Positions 9,654 through 19,606 are shown, counted from the first letter of the stretch. The stretch: DNA of 64,000 nt from Dehalococcoidia bacterium (GCA_040877955.1 JBBDMZ010000020.1:13849-77848); one strand, 5' to 3'. Numbers and translations are program-made. The notes: generated by a model from the letters alone, not told the origin.

Positions 9654-10321
9654 TACTGCTCAGTATCCTGTGCGGGGAGTTCGTTTCGCGGCAACGTGAC
9701 GCTGATGACGACGCTGCGATCTCCACGATGACACTCGACGCGTCCGCCCACGGCGAGAACGTACTGGCGCGCGCGGAAGAAGGCGAATCCGGCATCGGCG
9801 GCCATCGGCCTGGGGCTCCCCCCCGGCGAGCCGCTGCTAAAACGCAGCCTGACCCCGTCCGGGCCGGTGTCGGACTCGAGCCGGACATCGCCACTGCCGT
9901 CGCCGATGCGGTTGGCGCTCTCTGCGAACCCGGCGATCGCCTTCACGAGGCGGGTCGCGTCCCAGGGCCCTTCCACGGCGGGGCGGGCGTCACCGTGGAG
10001 ATTGACCGCCGGGCGCAGCATCTCCCGGGCCGCTTCGACCGCCGCGGCGAGCTCACATGGGCCAGAGCCGAGAGGCGCCCTGCCGCGCTCGAGGCGCGAC
10101 TGTTCCTGGAGGTCGTCGGCCAGTTGCTGGAGGTCGCTGATCGATTGGTGGAGCATGCTCGCGAGCTCTTCGTCGAGGACGAGCATGTCGTTCTCGCCCT
10201 CGCGGCGGGCGAGCTCGACCACCATCCGCAACGAGGTCAGTGGCGTGCGGATCTCGTGGGCGAACGCGCCCAGCGCCTCCTGGCGGAAGTACTCGCGGTC
10301 GTCGGAGCTGCCGTCGCTCAC
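9653..10321 (-). CDS. small soluble histidine kinase (HisKA plus a divergent ATPase domain)
   Basis: H-box FAHEIRTPLTSL; GTG 10321 chosen because the longer ORF would overlap lipA. Confidence 0.6.
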   Translation of the reverse strand: MSDGSSDDREYFRQEALGAFAHEIRTPLTSLRMVVELARREGENDMLVLDEELASMLHQSISDLQQLADDLQEQSRLERGRAPLGSGPCELAAAVEAAREMLRPAVNLHGDARPAVEGPWDATRLVKAIAGFAESANRIGDGSGDVRLESDTGPDGVRLRFSSGSPGGSPRPMAADAGFAFFRARQYVLAVGGRVECHRGDRSVVISVTLPRNELPAQDTEQ

Positions 10322-10367
10322 GGCTTCGCACCCTTCCCTCGACTGGGGCCCACCCCCAACGGGGACT

Positions 10368-11300
10368 TTACGCTTTCGCGTCGACGATGTGTACGTCAAG
10401 CGGCACGTCCATGGGGTAGACGCGGCGAGGGGCCAGAACGTTCGCGAGGCCGGCCTGTTCCTCGGCGTGGTACGAGCTGCGCACCAGCGGGCCGGACTCC
10501 ACGTGGCGAAAGCCAAGCGCCAGCGCCTGCTGTTTGAGGGCGGCGAATTCATCCGGGTGCCAGTAGCGGTCGATGGGAAGGTGCTGCGGCGTGGGCCGCA
10601 GGTATTGCCCAACGGTGAGGATGTCCACGCCCTGGGCGGCAAGGTCGCCGAAGACCTCCACGAGCTCGTCGAAGGTCTCGCCCAGCCCGACCATGACGCC
10701 GGACTTCGTAAGGGCCGCGGGGTCCAGCTCTTTTGCCATGCGCAGCACCTCGAGGGACTGGGGGTAGAGCCCCTGGGGGCGCACCTCGCGGTAGAGGCGG
10801 GGTACGGTCTCGGTGTTGTGGTTGAGGATCTCCGGTTGGGCGGCCATCACCGTGGCGAGGGCGTCACGGTTGCCCTTGAAGTCCGGGATGAGCACCTCGA
10901 TCGTCGTCCCTGGTGAGAGGCGCCGGATCCAGCGGATGGTGTCGGCAAAGATCGCGGCGCCTCCGTCGGGCAGCTCGTCGCGGTTCACGCTGGTGACGAC
11001 GGCGTGGCGCAGGCCCATGTCTCGCACGGCGATGGCGACGCGGGCCGGCTCGCCCGTGTCGTACGTGGCCGGGCGGCCGGTCTTCACCGCGCAGAAGCCG
11101 CAGGAGCGCGTGCAGGTGTCGCCGAGGACCATGAAGGTGGCAGTGCCCCGGCTCCAGCAGTCACCGATGTTCGGGCAGCGCGCTTCCTCACAGACGGTGT
11201 GCAGCTCCTTCGAGCGCATCAACTCGCGGATGCGGTCGTAGCCGTTGCCCGCGGGGAAGCGCACCTTCAACCAGTCGGGCTTGGGCTGTCGCAGAGCCAT
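10368..11300 (-). CDS. lipA: lipoyl synthase
   Basis: [12 protein letters not shown] and radical-SAM CTRSCGFC motifs; 310 aa. Confidence 0.97.
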   Translation of the reverse strand: MALRQPKPDWLKVRFPAGNGYDRIRELMRSKELHTVCEEARCPNIGDCWSRGTATFMVLGDTCTRSCGFCAVKTGRPATYDTGEPARVAIAVRDMGLRHAVVTSVNRDELPDGGAAIFADTIRWIRRLSPGTTIEVLIPDFKGNRDALATVMAAQPEILNHNTETVPRLYREVRPQGLYPQSLEVLRMAKELDPAALTKSGVMVGLGETFDELVEVFGDLAAQGVDILTVGQYLRPTPQHLPIDRYWHPDEFAALKQQALALGFRHVESGPLVRSSYHAEEQAGLANVLAPRRVYPMDVPLDVHIVDAKA

Positions 11301-11340
11301 GAGTCCAGCGTAGCAGGTGCCCCGGGGTGCGAGGCTTCCG

Positions 11341-11469
11341 CTAGTCGCCGGGCTTGCGCGGACGTCCCCGCGGTGGATCGGTCTCGGCTACGACGCCGAA
11401 CCCGAGCACGACGACGAGCGCGCTCAATGTCACGCCGCCGAGTACGAGCCATCCCACGAGATCGAACAT
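11341..11469 (-). CDS. 42-aa small membrane protein upstream of lipA (below the ORF-track cutoff)
   Basis: GGGAGGGGAGAG directly before ATG 11469; [42 protein letters not shown]; stop 11341-11343. Confidence 0.4.
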   Translation of the reverse strand: MFDLVGWLVLGGVTLSALVVVLGFGVVAETDPPRGRPRKPGD

Positions 11470-11618
11470 CTCTCCCCTCCCGCACCTGTGTGACCTACCT
11501 AACGCCGCGATGCACGGAAAGGTTCCGTAGCTTTACGGGAAGGGAACACGGGGATGGCGCGTTTCGTCTTGATCCCAGAGGGGACATGCGAGAAGAGTGG
11601 GTGGACGAAAGGACTCCG

Positions 11619-12605
11619 ATGCGCAAGATCCTGCTCCCTTTTCTTGTGTGCCTTCCCCTGGCGGCGATCATGGCAGCCTGCGTGGATGACCCCGATGGCG
11701 GAAGCAGCAGCCGGCCCGACGACCCGCAACAGGTGAGTGGCTCCGTCCCGCTGCACGATGCCCGGCTCGACCTCGCCGAGCGGCTCGACCTCGGTCCCCT
11801 CGAGATCGACCTCGTCTCCATCCGTCCCGCCGGCTTCGACGGCTGCCTCGGGGTCCGTGATCCGAACCAGGCCTGCACGGAGCAGTTCATCGGCGGCTAC
11901 ATCGCCATGTACGAGGCGAACGGACAGCAGTATCGCTACCACTTCGGGGGCGACCGGTTCGTCTACGCCGACCCGGCGAAGCAGGTCGATGACGGCCTGG
12001 AGGTCCCGCCAGAGATCGCGCCCGACCTCAACCGGCAGCTGGCCGGTTACGCTCGCGAGGACCTGGACCTGCGCGTGCCGGACGAGGACAGGGATGCCGT
12101 GGTCACGGCTATCCTCCCCGGCTCGTTCCCGGACGGCTGCATGGGCTTCGTGCCGGTCGATGTCGATGCGTGCGACTCGGTGATTGTCGAGGGCGCCGTC
12201 GTGTTTCTCCTGGGGGGCGATAGCAAGACCTATCGCTACCACGTCGGCCTCGTGGGGGTTATCGCGACAGATTTCGAGGATGGCGAGATCACGTTCGAGC
12301 CGAACGCCGCCGTCCGCGTCCAGCAGCAGCTGCTCCGCGAGGACCTCGCGCAGCGCCTCCAGGTCGCGGTCGAGGAGATTGGGATGGTCTCGTACGGGCT
12401 GGTGACGTGGCCGGACGGCTGCCTTGGGGTGTATCAGCCGAGCGCCATCTGCTCGCAGGCGTTGGTGGATGGGTCGCTCGCCATCCTCTCCGGCCCGGAC
12501 GGCAAGGAGTACCGTTACCACGCGAACGACCAGGGCTCATTCGTGGCAGCGTCGTTCGAAACAGGGGCACGCATCGGTGATGCGCTCCCCCGGCAGGGGC
12601 CGTGA
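11619..12605 (+). CDS. lipoprotein with three tandem repeats of about 95-100 aa (unknown family)
   Basis: lipobox LAAIMAAC after MRKILLPFLVCLP; each repeat carries (F/W)(D/P)DGC(L/M)G...C...YRYH; YRYH codons at 11931, 12231, 12509. Confidence 0.7.
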   Translation: MRKILLPFLVCLPLAAIMAACVDDPDGGSSSRPDDPQQVSGSVPLHDARLDLAERLDLGPLEIDLVSIRPAGFDGCLGVRDPNQACTEQFIGGYIAMYEANGQQYRYHFGGDRFVYADPAKQVDDGLEVPPEIAPDLNRQLAGYAREDLDLRVPDEDRDAVVTAILPGSFPDGCMGFVPVDVDACDSVIVEGAVVFLLGGDSKTYRYHVGLVGVIATDFEDGEITFEPNAAVRVQQQLLREDLAQRLQVAVEEIGMVSYGLVTWPDGCLGVYQPSAICSQALVDGSLAILSGPDGKEYRYHANDQGSFVAASFETGARIGDALPRQGP

Positions 12606-12617
12606 GTGATTCGTTGG

Positions 12618-14396
12618 CTACGGCTTGGAGACCGTGATCGATGGGTCCGCGTCGTCGTAGGTGTAGCCAGCCAGGCTCACATTCGTCACCTGGAAGGTCA
12701 CGCTCCCGACCTTTTTGTGCTGCGTGAGCTGGAGCGTGCACTGGCCACTTGAGTTGCTGGTGCAGTCCACCGTCGAGCCGCTGCCCCAGCTCCCGGTGAC
12801 TATGGCGGCGCCCAGCGCGGCGCCGTTGCCGTCACGGACCGTGATGGTGACCCTCGCAGTCCAGCTTGAACCGGAGTTGGTGGTGGTGGCCGAGAGCGTC
12901 GCCGACATGTCCGTCACCGCAGCCTGCTCGTTCACGGTGACCGTCACCGTGTCGCTATCAGTGGCGCCGTCATCGTCGGTGACAGTGAGCGTTATGGTGT
13001 GGAGGCCGACCGCGAGGAGGAGCGACAGGGTCTCTCCACTGGCAATTTGCGACCCGTCTTCGCTCCAGGCGTAGCTGTCGATGGTGCCGTCAGCATCTTC
13101 CGAGCCTGTGCCGTCCAGGGTCACCGTGGCCGCCCCGCCGTCGGCGACTACAGCCTGGTCTGGTCCGGCATCAGCCACGGGCTCCTGGTTCTCATCGGGT
13201 GGAGGCGGATCCCCACCGCCGCCCTCCGTGCCGACGTTGAGGAGGGGCTCGGAGAAGTTGTCGGGGTCGCCCGTGAAGCCGTTGGCGTGGCCCTGGGGCG
13301 TGGCGGCCCCGATGAGCGCGGCCCGGACGGCATCGGCGCCCGACTTGTTAGTGGGCTTGCTGTTCGTCGCGATGTGGAGGGCTGCGGCGCCGGCCACATG
13401 GGGGGAGGCCATGCTTGTGCCGCTGATCGTGTTGTAGCCGCCGTTCAGCCACGTCGACAGGATGCAGACACCCGGCGCCGCGATCTCGACGCTGGCGCCG
13501 AAGTTGCTGAAGTCAGCGAAGGTGTCGTCCACGTCAGACCGGCACGTTGCCGCGGAGCCGCCCCCCGGAAGGCCATTGAAGTCGGCGACGGCCGAGACGC
13601 TGATCACGTCCGGATGGTTCGAGGGGCTGAAGGTGCCGGCGTCCCTTGCGTTGTTGCCGGCCGCCACGGCGTAGACCACGCCCTTCGCGACGGAGTTCGC
13701 AATGGCTGTGTTCATGGCGGAGCTCGTGCATTCGCAACCGAGGCTCATGTTCGCGACTTCGATTGTGCTCGAACGGGCCGTCACCCAGTCGATGCCTGCG
13801 ATGATCCAGGAGATCTGCCCGCTGCCCTGGTTGTTCAGCACGCGCACTGCGTGCAGGCGCGCGCCGGGAGCCATGCCCACAACGCCGGTGCCGTTGTCGG
13901 AGGCGCCCACGGTGCCGGCGACGTGCGTGCCATGTCCATTGCCATCGTTACCACCGCTGGCGCAGCCGCCGAAACGCGCGCAGTTGACGGAGGCGATCAC
14001 GTTCAGATCCGGGTGGTCGAGGTCGATGCCGGTGTCGATGATGGCAACGTCGACGTTCACCCGTTCATCGACGCCATCGATGTTCGCCGTGGCATTCGTG
14101 TCGGCGTTCGCCCGGTTGATGCCGGTGGGAACTCCCTGGTCGAAGGTGGTCACGGTGTAGTTCGGCTCGACGAGCTTGACGCGTGGATCTCGCTTCAGGG
14201 CGTTGAGCCTTCCGGCTGGGACGACGACGGCCGCGCCATTCAGTGCGTGGGTGTACACCGATTCGGTCTGCAGGCCGAGGCTGCGCGCCAGGTCGCTCGT
14301 CGCCTGGCCGGCGTCGACGCCGTCGTGGTAGACGACGATGTGGCTGGCGAATGGCGGTGGGCCTTCGCGCGCGGAAAGCGTATCCGCACCAAACAA
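12618..14396 (-). CDS. subtilisin-like S8 serine protease with I9 propeptide and C-terminal Ig/PKD-like domains; the signal peptide appears out of frame upstream
   Basis: DTGID, HGTHVAG, GTSMASPHVAG catalytic triad motifs; the ORF begins at a TTG with no signal peptide (see findings). Confidence 0.85.
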   Translation of the reverse strand: MFGADTLSAREGPPPFASHIVVYHDGVDAGQATSDLARSLGLQTESVYTHALNGAAVVVPAGRLNALKRDPRVKLVEPNYTVTTFDQGVPTGINRANADTNATANIDGVDERVNVDVAIIDTGIDLDHPDLNVIASVNCARFGGCASGGNDGNGHGTHVAGTVGASDNGTGVVGMAPGARLHAVRVLNNQGSGQISWIIAGIDWVTARSSTIEVANMSLGCECTSSAMNTAIANSVAKGVVYAVAAGNNARDAGTFSPSNHPDVISVSAVADFNGLPGGGSAATCRSDVDDTFADFSNFGASVEIAAPGVCILSTWLNGGYNTISGTSMASPHVAGAAALHIATNSKPTNKSGADAVRAALIGAATPQGHANGFTGDPDNFSEPLLNVGTEGGGGDPPPPDENQEPVADAGPDQAVVADGGAATVTLDGTGSEDADGTIDSYAWSEDGSQIASGETLSLLLAVGLHTITLTVTDDDGATDSDTVTVTVNEQAAVTDMSATLSATTTNSGSSWTARVTITVRDGNGAALGAAIVTGSWGSGSTVDCTSNSSGQCTLQLTQHKKVGSVTFQVTNVSLAGYTYDDADPSITVSKP

Positions 14397-14529
14397 GCAC
14401 CCGCCAGCAGTCCAAACATTACCGGCACAAATCGACGCACGTATCCCCTCCTCACCCTGTGGCCCGAGGCAACGGCATTATAGGGACATGTCAAGTACCG
14501 GGGAAGTTATTGCGAACTTCTTGCAGAGA

Positions 14530-14802
14530 TCAGGCGACGTCGCTCTCGACGCGGTTGTAGTCGGTGAAGCGGCGGATGGCCTCGGCGGTGCTGGTGGTGG
14601 CGACCGCCTGGGCGGAACGTCGCGCCTTCCGGACGGTGGCCCGCCGCGAGAGGTGCCAGCCCGCATCGCCAATCACCACGCCGGCCACGCCGGCCGGGAG
14701 GGCGAGGGACCACTCGACGATGCTCAATCCACCCGCAGCGAAAGCAACCGCGGCCGCGAAGAACGCCGGGTTGCGAACAAACCAGTTCCAGAAGGTGACC
14801 AC
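14530..14802 (-). CDS. small membrane protein downstream of the MFS gene (hypothetical)
   Basis: 90 aa, two hydrophobic segments, same strand 75 nt after the MFS stop. Confidence 0.45.
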   Translation of the reverse strand: MVTFWNWFVRNPAFFAAAVAFAAGGLSIVEWSLALPAGVAGVVIGDAGWHLSRRATVRKARRSAQAVATTSTAEAIRRFTDYNRVESDVA

Positions 14803-14876
14803 GACTAGATCATCGGCCAGCGTGGGCCGGGGTGCAGGGTGGGACTCGCAATTTTATGGAGCTACTCGCCCCGGGA

Positions 14877-16172
14877 CTAATCGATTGGAACGGTGGCGAG
14901 GGCTGGCTCAGGCCTCGGCGTGAGGCGCTCGCGGATGCGGCCAAACTCCATCGCGCCGAGTGTGAGCACCGCGAGGCCGGCGACCACCGCGAGGGTGGGC
15001 CGGGCGCCGGCGACCTCCGTGCCGATGCCGGCCAGCGCCAGCGGCAGGAGGATAAGCGTCTCAGTGAGCCAGAGCTGGGTGGCGAAGACGCGTGCCTGCA
15101 TGCCCTCGGGCGCCGTCTCCGTGAGGGCGACACGGGCACTCACCATCGCGCCACTGACGCATAGGCCGAGCAGGAAGGCGACGGGGAATGCGACCAGGTA
15201 GGTCGTGCTGACCTGGGCTTCGAGCACCTGGATGGGGTGGAACCCGCTGTAGCCCGCGGCCAGCGTGAGCGTGTAGTCCAGGGCCGCGAGGGCGAACGCA
15301 CCCACGGCAAACCCGGCGGCGGCCAGGCGCATGGTGGAAGGGGCACGCTCGAGGGTCATCGTGCGGCTGGCCCAGACGAGGCCGGCGACGGCGCCCACAA
15401 CGCCGACGCCGAGGAGGTACACGATCCACTCCTGGCCGACGCGCAGGTCGCGTTCGAGGTAGATGGGGATGGCGACCATAATCGCGCGGGAAGCCACCAC
15501 CTTGAGGGCGAGCACGGCGACCGCGTCGCGAGCGCGTGACTCGGCGCCAAAGAAGGCGAACGTCTCGCGGAAGGCGAGCTGCTTGCGGGCGGAGGTGGTG
15601 GCCCGCTTTTCGGAGCAGCGGACCGCCAGGAAGATGGTGATGCCCGTGAGGATGGCGTAACCGCCCGCCGAGCCAATGATGATGGCGGTCGGGCCACCGA
15701 GGAAGTACAGCGCGGGAGCGAGGACGAGGATGCCGGCGCCCTGGCCGGCCGTCTGCAGGGCAACGATTAGCGAGTGCGTGCGCCCGGGCTTGTTTGGGTC
15801 GATGACTTTGACCATCGCCATCTCCGCCGGGCTAAACACCTGCGAGGCGAGCGAATAGATGAAGGCCACGATCCAGACGCTGACGACGCCGTCGACCAGC
15901 ACGACGCCGAGGCAGACGGAGGCGAAACGGAGGAACGAGCCGACCGCGTAGCCCCGCGCCGGCCCGAGCCGGTCGGCCACGACACCGCCGACCATGCCGA
16001 AGGCGATGGCGGGGATGAGCATGGCGACGAAGAGGTTGCCCATGCCGATACCGGCGTGGTCGCTGGTGCCGGCAACGACGAAGAGCCCTGCGAAGAGCAG
16101 ATTCTGTGAAACCTGCGCGAGGAAACGCGCGCCGTAGTAGGACGAGCGCGTCAGCGTGAGTCCCTCTCCCAT
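14877..16172 (-). CDS. MFS transporter
   Basis: 431 aa, about 12 predicted TM segments, GGVVADRLGPARG loop motif typical of MFS. Confidence 0.85.
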   Translation of the reverse strand: MGEGLTLTRSSYYGARFLAQVSQNLLFAGLFVVAGTSDHAGIGMGNLFVAMLIPAIAFGMVGGVVADRLGPARGYAVGSFLRFASVCLGVVLVDGVVSVWIVAFIYSLASQVFSPAEMAMVKVIDPNKPGRTHSLIVALQTAGQGAGILVLAPALYFLGGPTAIIIGSAGGYAILTGITIFLAVRCSEKRATTSARKQLAFRETFAFFGAESRARDAVAVLALKVVASRAIMVAIPIYLERDLRVGQEWIVYLLGVGVVGAVAGLVWASRTMTLERAPSTMRLAAAGFAVGAFALAALDYTLTLAAGYSGFHPIQVLEAQVSTTYLVAFPVAFLLGLCVSGAMVSARVALTETAPEGMQARVFATQLWLTETLILLPLALAGIGTEVAGARPTLAVVAGLAVLTLGAMEFGRIRERLTPRPEPALATVPID

Positions 16173-16254
16173 GTACCCCCACCCCCGTTAGCTGCGGACG
16201 CATGCGCGCGAGACGCACGAAAGCACACGTGCGCACACACCGCTACCGAAACCA

Positions 16255-16279
16255 GAGAAGCGGGCACAGTCCGCTTCTC
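16255..16279 (-). terminator. terminator-like hairpin, candidate expression platform of riboswitch 1
   Basis: 9-bp stem gagaagcgg/ccgcttctc directly 3' of the aptamer, followed by UGGUUUCGG. Confidence 0.45.
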
Positions 16280-16280
16280 C

Positions 16281-16424
16281 CTGGCGGCCTACGGGGTTAG
16301 CTGACGGGCTCGGCACAGGGAGTTGCCTACGCTTACGCGATTCGCCCCGGGCAGTTGGTTCCCCCGTTCCCCGGCGTGGCCGGGGACTCGGCACGGCTCA
16401 ACCGTACCACGAGTTCCGCCACAT
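16281..16424 (-). promoter_or_regulatory. c-di-AMP riboswitch (ydaO-yuaA class), copy 1
   Basis: minus-strand RNA reads UGGCGG...ACGGGGGAACCA...GGGGCGAAUC...CCGAGCCCGUCAGCUAACCCCGUAGGCCGCCA; P1 is UGGCGG/CCGCCA; located in the 5' leader of the MFS gene. Confidence 0.85.
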
Positions 16425-16596
16425 TGCAGATACGTAAGGATGATTGCGTGAGGAAATGAAAAAGATCGGGGACAACCCTGAGAGGGAAGCCACAGGGAGC
16501 TCGTTCAATGCGATTGCAATCGTCGTTCGTGTTCGTGTTATTCGCATGCGTGGAAGTACACCGTAGTTTCTGAAATGCACAACGGAGGTACGACTC

Positions 16597-16878
16597 ATGG
16601 GCATTCTTGCGTGGTTGCTTTTTGGACTTATTGCGGGCGCACTGGCGCAACTCCTCTTTCCGGGGGATGACCCTGGCGGCGGCGGATTCCTGGGCATCGT
16701 GATCACGATCGCGATCGGAATTGTGGGCGCCATGATCGGCGGGCTGGTCGGCTCGGCGCTCGGGTTTGGCGGCGTGAGCGGCTTCAACATCGGAAGCTTC
16801 CTGATCGCCATCCTGGGTGCGGTCGTCCTGCTCCTTGGTTGGCGGATGCTGGCAAGGAATACGCACGCTCGCATATGA
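16597..16878 (+). CDS. GlsB/YeaQ/YmgE family stress-response membrane protein
   Basis: MGILAWLLFGLIAGALA...GIVGAMIGG glycine-zipper pattern; GGAGG SD upstream. Confidence 0.85.
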   Translation: MGILAWLLFGLIAGALAQLLFPGDDPGGGGFLGIVITIAIGIVGAMIGGLVGSALGFGGVSGFNIGSFLIAILGAVVLLLGWRMLARNTHARI

Positions 16879-16969
16879 CGCAGCCACCGGCATAGCAGCG
16901 CCGGGCGATGTGGGGCCGCCGGGAACAACTCCCCGGCGGCCTCATCGCGATCGGCGCGATCGTCTCGAT

Positions 16970-17503
16970 TCAGGGCCAGTCTTCGGGCCGAACGTCTTCG
17001 AGCACGAGTTGCATGTAGCAGGTGTTGAGGCGGCGGCCACCCTTGTAGCCAGCCTCGCGCAGCGTCCCCACGGTTTCGAACCCGAGCGACGCATGCAGCT
17101 TGATGCTGGCCTCGTTCTCATCCGTGATCGAGGCGACGACGAGGTGCACACCGATGCGCCGCGCCTCGCCGAGGAGCCCGGTCAGGAGCACACGGCCGAC
17201 ACCCCGTCCGCGCCAATCGGCATCGATATAGATGGTGTTCTCGCGGGTGAAGCGCCAACCGCTCTTGGCGCTCATGCGCGTCAGGTAGGCAAATCCAGCG
17301 ACAGAGCCGTCCACCTCGGCGACGAGGATCGGCTCGAGCGGGTTGTTGTGGTCCTGCCACCAGGCGAGGCGGCGCTCCAAGGGCCACGGCTCCTCGTCCC
17401 AGGTTGCGGTCGTAGTGAGGATGGCATCGTTATAGATGCGCTGGATCGCCTCGATATCGCCAGCAGCGGCAGGCCGGACCGTGACGCGCGTGGCCGTGGT
17501 CAT
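16970..17503 (-). CDS. GNAT N-acetyltransferase, phosphinothricin-acetyltransferase-like
   Basis: VRPAAAGDIEAIQRIYNDAI...WRGRGVGRVLL acetyl-CoA motif; internal ATG 17503 chosen. Confidence 0.8.
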   Translation of the reverse strand: MTTATRVTVRPAAAGDIEAIQRIYNDAILTTTATWDEEPWPLERRLAWWQDHNNPLEPILVAEVDGSVAGFAYLTRMSAKSGWRFTRENTIYIDADWRGRGVGRVLLTGLLGEARRIGVHLVVASITDENEASIKLHASLGFETVGTLREAGYKGGRRLNTCYMQLVLEDVRPEDWP

Positions 17504-17646
17504 GGACCGAGAGTAGTACGGGTGTGTTTCGTGGCTGTTTCGAGGCGTCGCGGCCGGGTAAGCTCTCCCCGCTCCTTGGACCACGGTGGGAAAACGCTCG
17601 GCTGCCAGGCGCGCGGTGGGTAAAATCACCCATCCAACGGGTAATT

Positions 17647-18744
17647 TTACCCGTATCGAACGGCGTTCTGGATCGTCCCGCCGCCGAGCACGACCTCGCC
17701 GTCGTAAAACGCGATTGCCTGGCCGGGGGTGAGGGCGCGCTGGCGCCTGGCGAAGCGGACCCTCGCGCGACTACCCTCGCTGGCGACGAGCTCCGCGGGC
17801 GCGGGCTCCGCCTTGTAGCGGGCCTTCGCCTCGAGCGCGGACCCCTCCGCCGGTGGCTCCCCCGCGACCCAGCGCACTTCCTCCACGTCGACCGTGTCCG
17901 CGAAGAGGTCCTCTTCGGGGCCGATCGTGACGATGTTGAGCGCGGCGTCGATCGCCGTCACGTAGCGGGGCTCTCCCACAGCCACGCCCAGGCCCTTGCG
18001 CTGACCGACGGTGTAAGCGGCGATGCCGCGGTGCTCACCGATGGTGGCGCCCGTCTCGTCCCGCATCTCGCCCGGCTCAAGCGCCGCGCGCTCCTCGACG
18101 AAGGCACGGTAGTCGTTGCCGGGCACGAAGCAGATCTCAACGCTGTCGGGCTTGTCTGCCGTGTCGAGCCCGAGGCGACGGGCGTGGTCGCGCACCTGCG
18201 CCTTCGTCAGCCAGCCGATCGGCAGCACGAGGTGGCGGAGCTGCTCCTGGCTGAGCATATAGAGGACGTACGACTGGTCCTTCGAGTCGTCGACCGCGCG
18301 CAGGAGGCGGTGGTGGCCGCCGTGGCGGGGGTCCGGCTGGACGACGCGCGCATAGTGGCCGGTCGCGACGTAGTCCGCATCGAGCGCGGGCAGGCGGTCG
18401 AGGAGGGCGCGGTACTTGATGTGCTCGTTGCAGCGCACGCAGGGGTTGGGGGTGCGGCCAGCGCTGTACTCGGCCACGAAGTTGTCGACCACCTTCGCGC
18501 GGAACTCGTCCTCAAAGTTCATCACGTAGTGGCGGATGCCGAGCTGGCCGGCGACGCGGCGCGCATCGTCGACGTCCTCGACGCTGCAGCACTGCTGGTG
18601 GCCCTTCAGCTCGTCCGGGCGCTCCTCCGTCCAGAGCCGCATGGTCACGCCGACGACGTCGTAGCCCTGCTCGACGAGCAGGGCGGCTGCGACGGAGCTA
18701 TCGACTCCGCCGGACATGCCGACAACGACGCGCGGGGATGGCAC
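17647..18744 (-). CDS. mnmA: tRNA 2-thiouridine(34) synthase MnmA
   Basis: [17 protein letters not shown]-loop, CNEHIKY motif; 365 aa; GTG start. Confidence 0.95.
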   Translation of the reverse strand: MPSPRVVVGMSGGVDSSVAAALLVEQGYDVVGVTMRLWTEERPDELKGHQQCCSVEDVDDARRVAGQLGIRHYVMNFEDEFRAKVVDNFVAEYSAGRTPNPCVRCNEHIKYRALLDRLPALDADYVATGHYARVVQPDPRHGGHHRLLRAVDDSKDQSYVLYMLSQEQLRHLVLPIGWLTKAQVRDHARRLGLDTADKPDSVEICFVPGNDYRAFVEERAALEPGEMRDETGATIGEHRGIAAYTVGQRKGLGVAVGEPRYVTAIDAALNIVTIGPEEDLFADTVDVEEVRWVAGEPPAEGSALEAKARYKAEPAPAELVASEGSRARVRFARRQRALTPGQAIAFYDGEVVLGGGTIQNAVRYG

Positions 18745-19138
18745 TGTGCTACGATTCCCTTCTCCCCGAAGACGGGGAAGATGGAGCGTCTACCTGGACT
18801 CTGAAGATCTGGCCAACAAGGCCATCGACGTCCTTTCCGACCGCCAGGCCGAGGACATCGCGCTGCTCGACATCTCGAAGAGCGTGACCTTCACTGACTA
18901 CTTTGTCATTGCGACCGCGCAGTCGCCACTGCAGTTCAACGCGCTCGCTGACTACCTGGAGAAAGAGCTGAAGCCGGAGGGGCACGACATCCGGCACAAG
19001 GAAGGCAGCGCCGATAGCGGCTGGATGCTGCTCGACTTCGGGGACATCATCGTCCACATCTTCTCGCCCGATCAGCGCGCCTACTACCGGTTGGAGGAGC
19101 TGTGGGGCAGGACCACGCCGGTCGTGCGGTTCGCGTGA
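18716..19138 (+). CDS. rsfS: ribosome silencing factor RsfS (start may be GTG 18746)
   Basis: [22 protein letters not shown]...[14 protein letters not shown]...YYRLEELW. Confidence 0.85.
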   Translation: MPTTTRGDGTVLRFPSPRRRGRWSVYLDSEDLANKAIDVLSDRQAEDIALLDISKSVTFTDYFVIATAQSPLQFNALADYLEKELKPEGHDIRHKEGSADSGWMLLDFGDIIVHIFSPDQRAYYRLEELWGRTTPVVRFA

Positions 19139-19143
19139 GCCCA

Positions 19144-19166
19144 GGGTCGGCTCAGCCGACCCCTAC
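19144..19166. repeat. palindromic REP-like element, family C
   Basis: gggtcggctcagccgacccctac; related copies at 54438-54582 and 59209-59230. Confidence 0.55.
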
Positions 19167-19184
19167 TATCGACCGCATGCGCTA

Positions 19185-19598
19185 ATGACTCACTCACTTC
19201 GCCCTGTCGCCCAGGCCGACTCCGACCCTCTTTCCGCCATCCATGAGGCGGCGATGCGGGACTACGTTGGCCAGACGTGGGGAAGCTGGGACGAGGACGA
19301 GCAGCGTGGGTTCTGGCGTGACCACTGGTTCCCCGGCCGCGAGGTGATCGAGGTCGACGGCGAGATGGCCGGCTTCCTCGATGTCGAGGACCGCGAGGAC
19401 CATGTCTGGGTCGGGAACATCGAACTCCATCCCCGGTTCCAGGGGCAGGGCATCGGCACAGCCATCTTGCGCGACATCCAGCGCGACGCGGGGAAGCGCG
19501 GGCTGGGCGTGCGGCTGCAGGTGCTGAAGGTGAACCCGGCACGGCAGCTGTACGAGCGCCTCGGCTTCGAAGTCACCGGCGACACGGAAACGCATTAG
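19185..19598 (+). CDS. GNAT family N-acetyltransferase
   Basis: HPRFQGQGIGTAIL acetyl-CoA binding motif; 137 aa. Confidence 0.8.
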   Translation: MTHSLRPVAQADSDPLSAIHEAAMRDYVGQTWGSWDEDEQRGFWRDHWFPGREVIEVDGEMAGFLDVEDREDHVWVGNIELHPRFQGQGIGTAILRDIQRDAGKRGLGVRLQVLKVNPARQLYERLGFEVTGDTETH

Positions 19599-19606
19599 CA
19601 GATGGC

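Noticed and set aside
17070-17090. GGTTTCGAACCC (and GGGGTTCGACC at 50676-50686) as possible tRNA T-arm signatures
   Set aside because: Both lie inside well-supported or plausible coding frames, and no acceptor or anticodon stems can be drawn around them. No tRNA, rRNA or tmRNA gene was found in the window.
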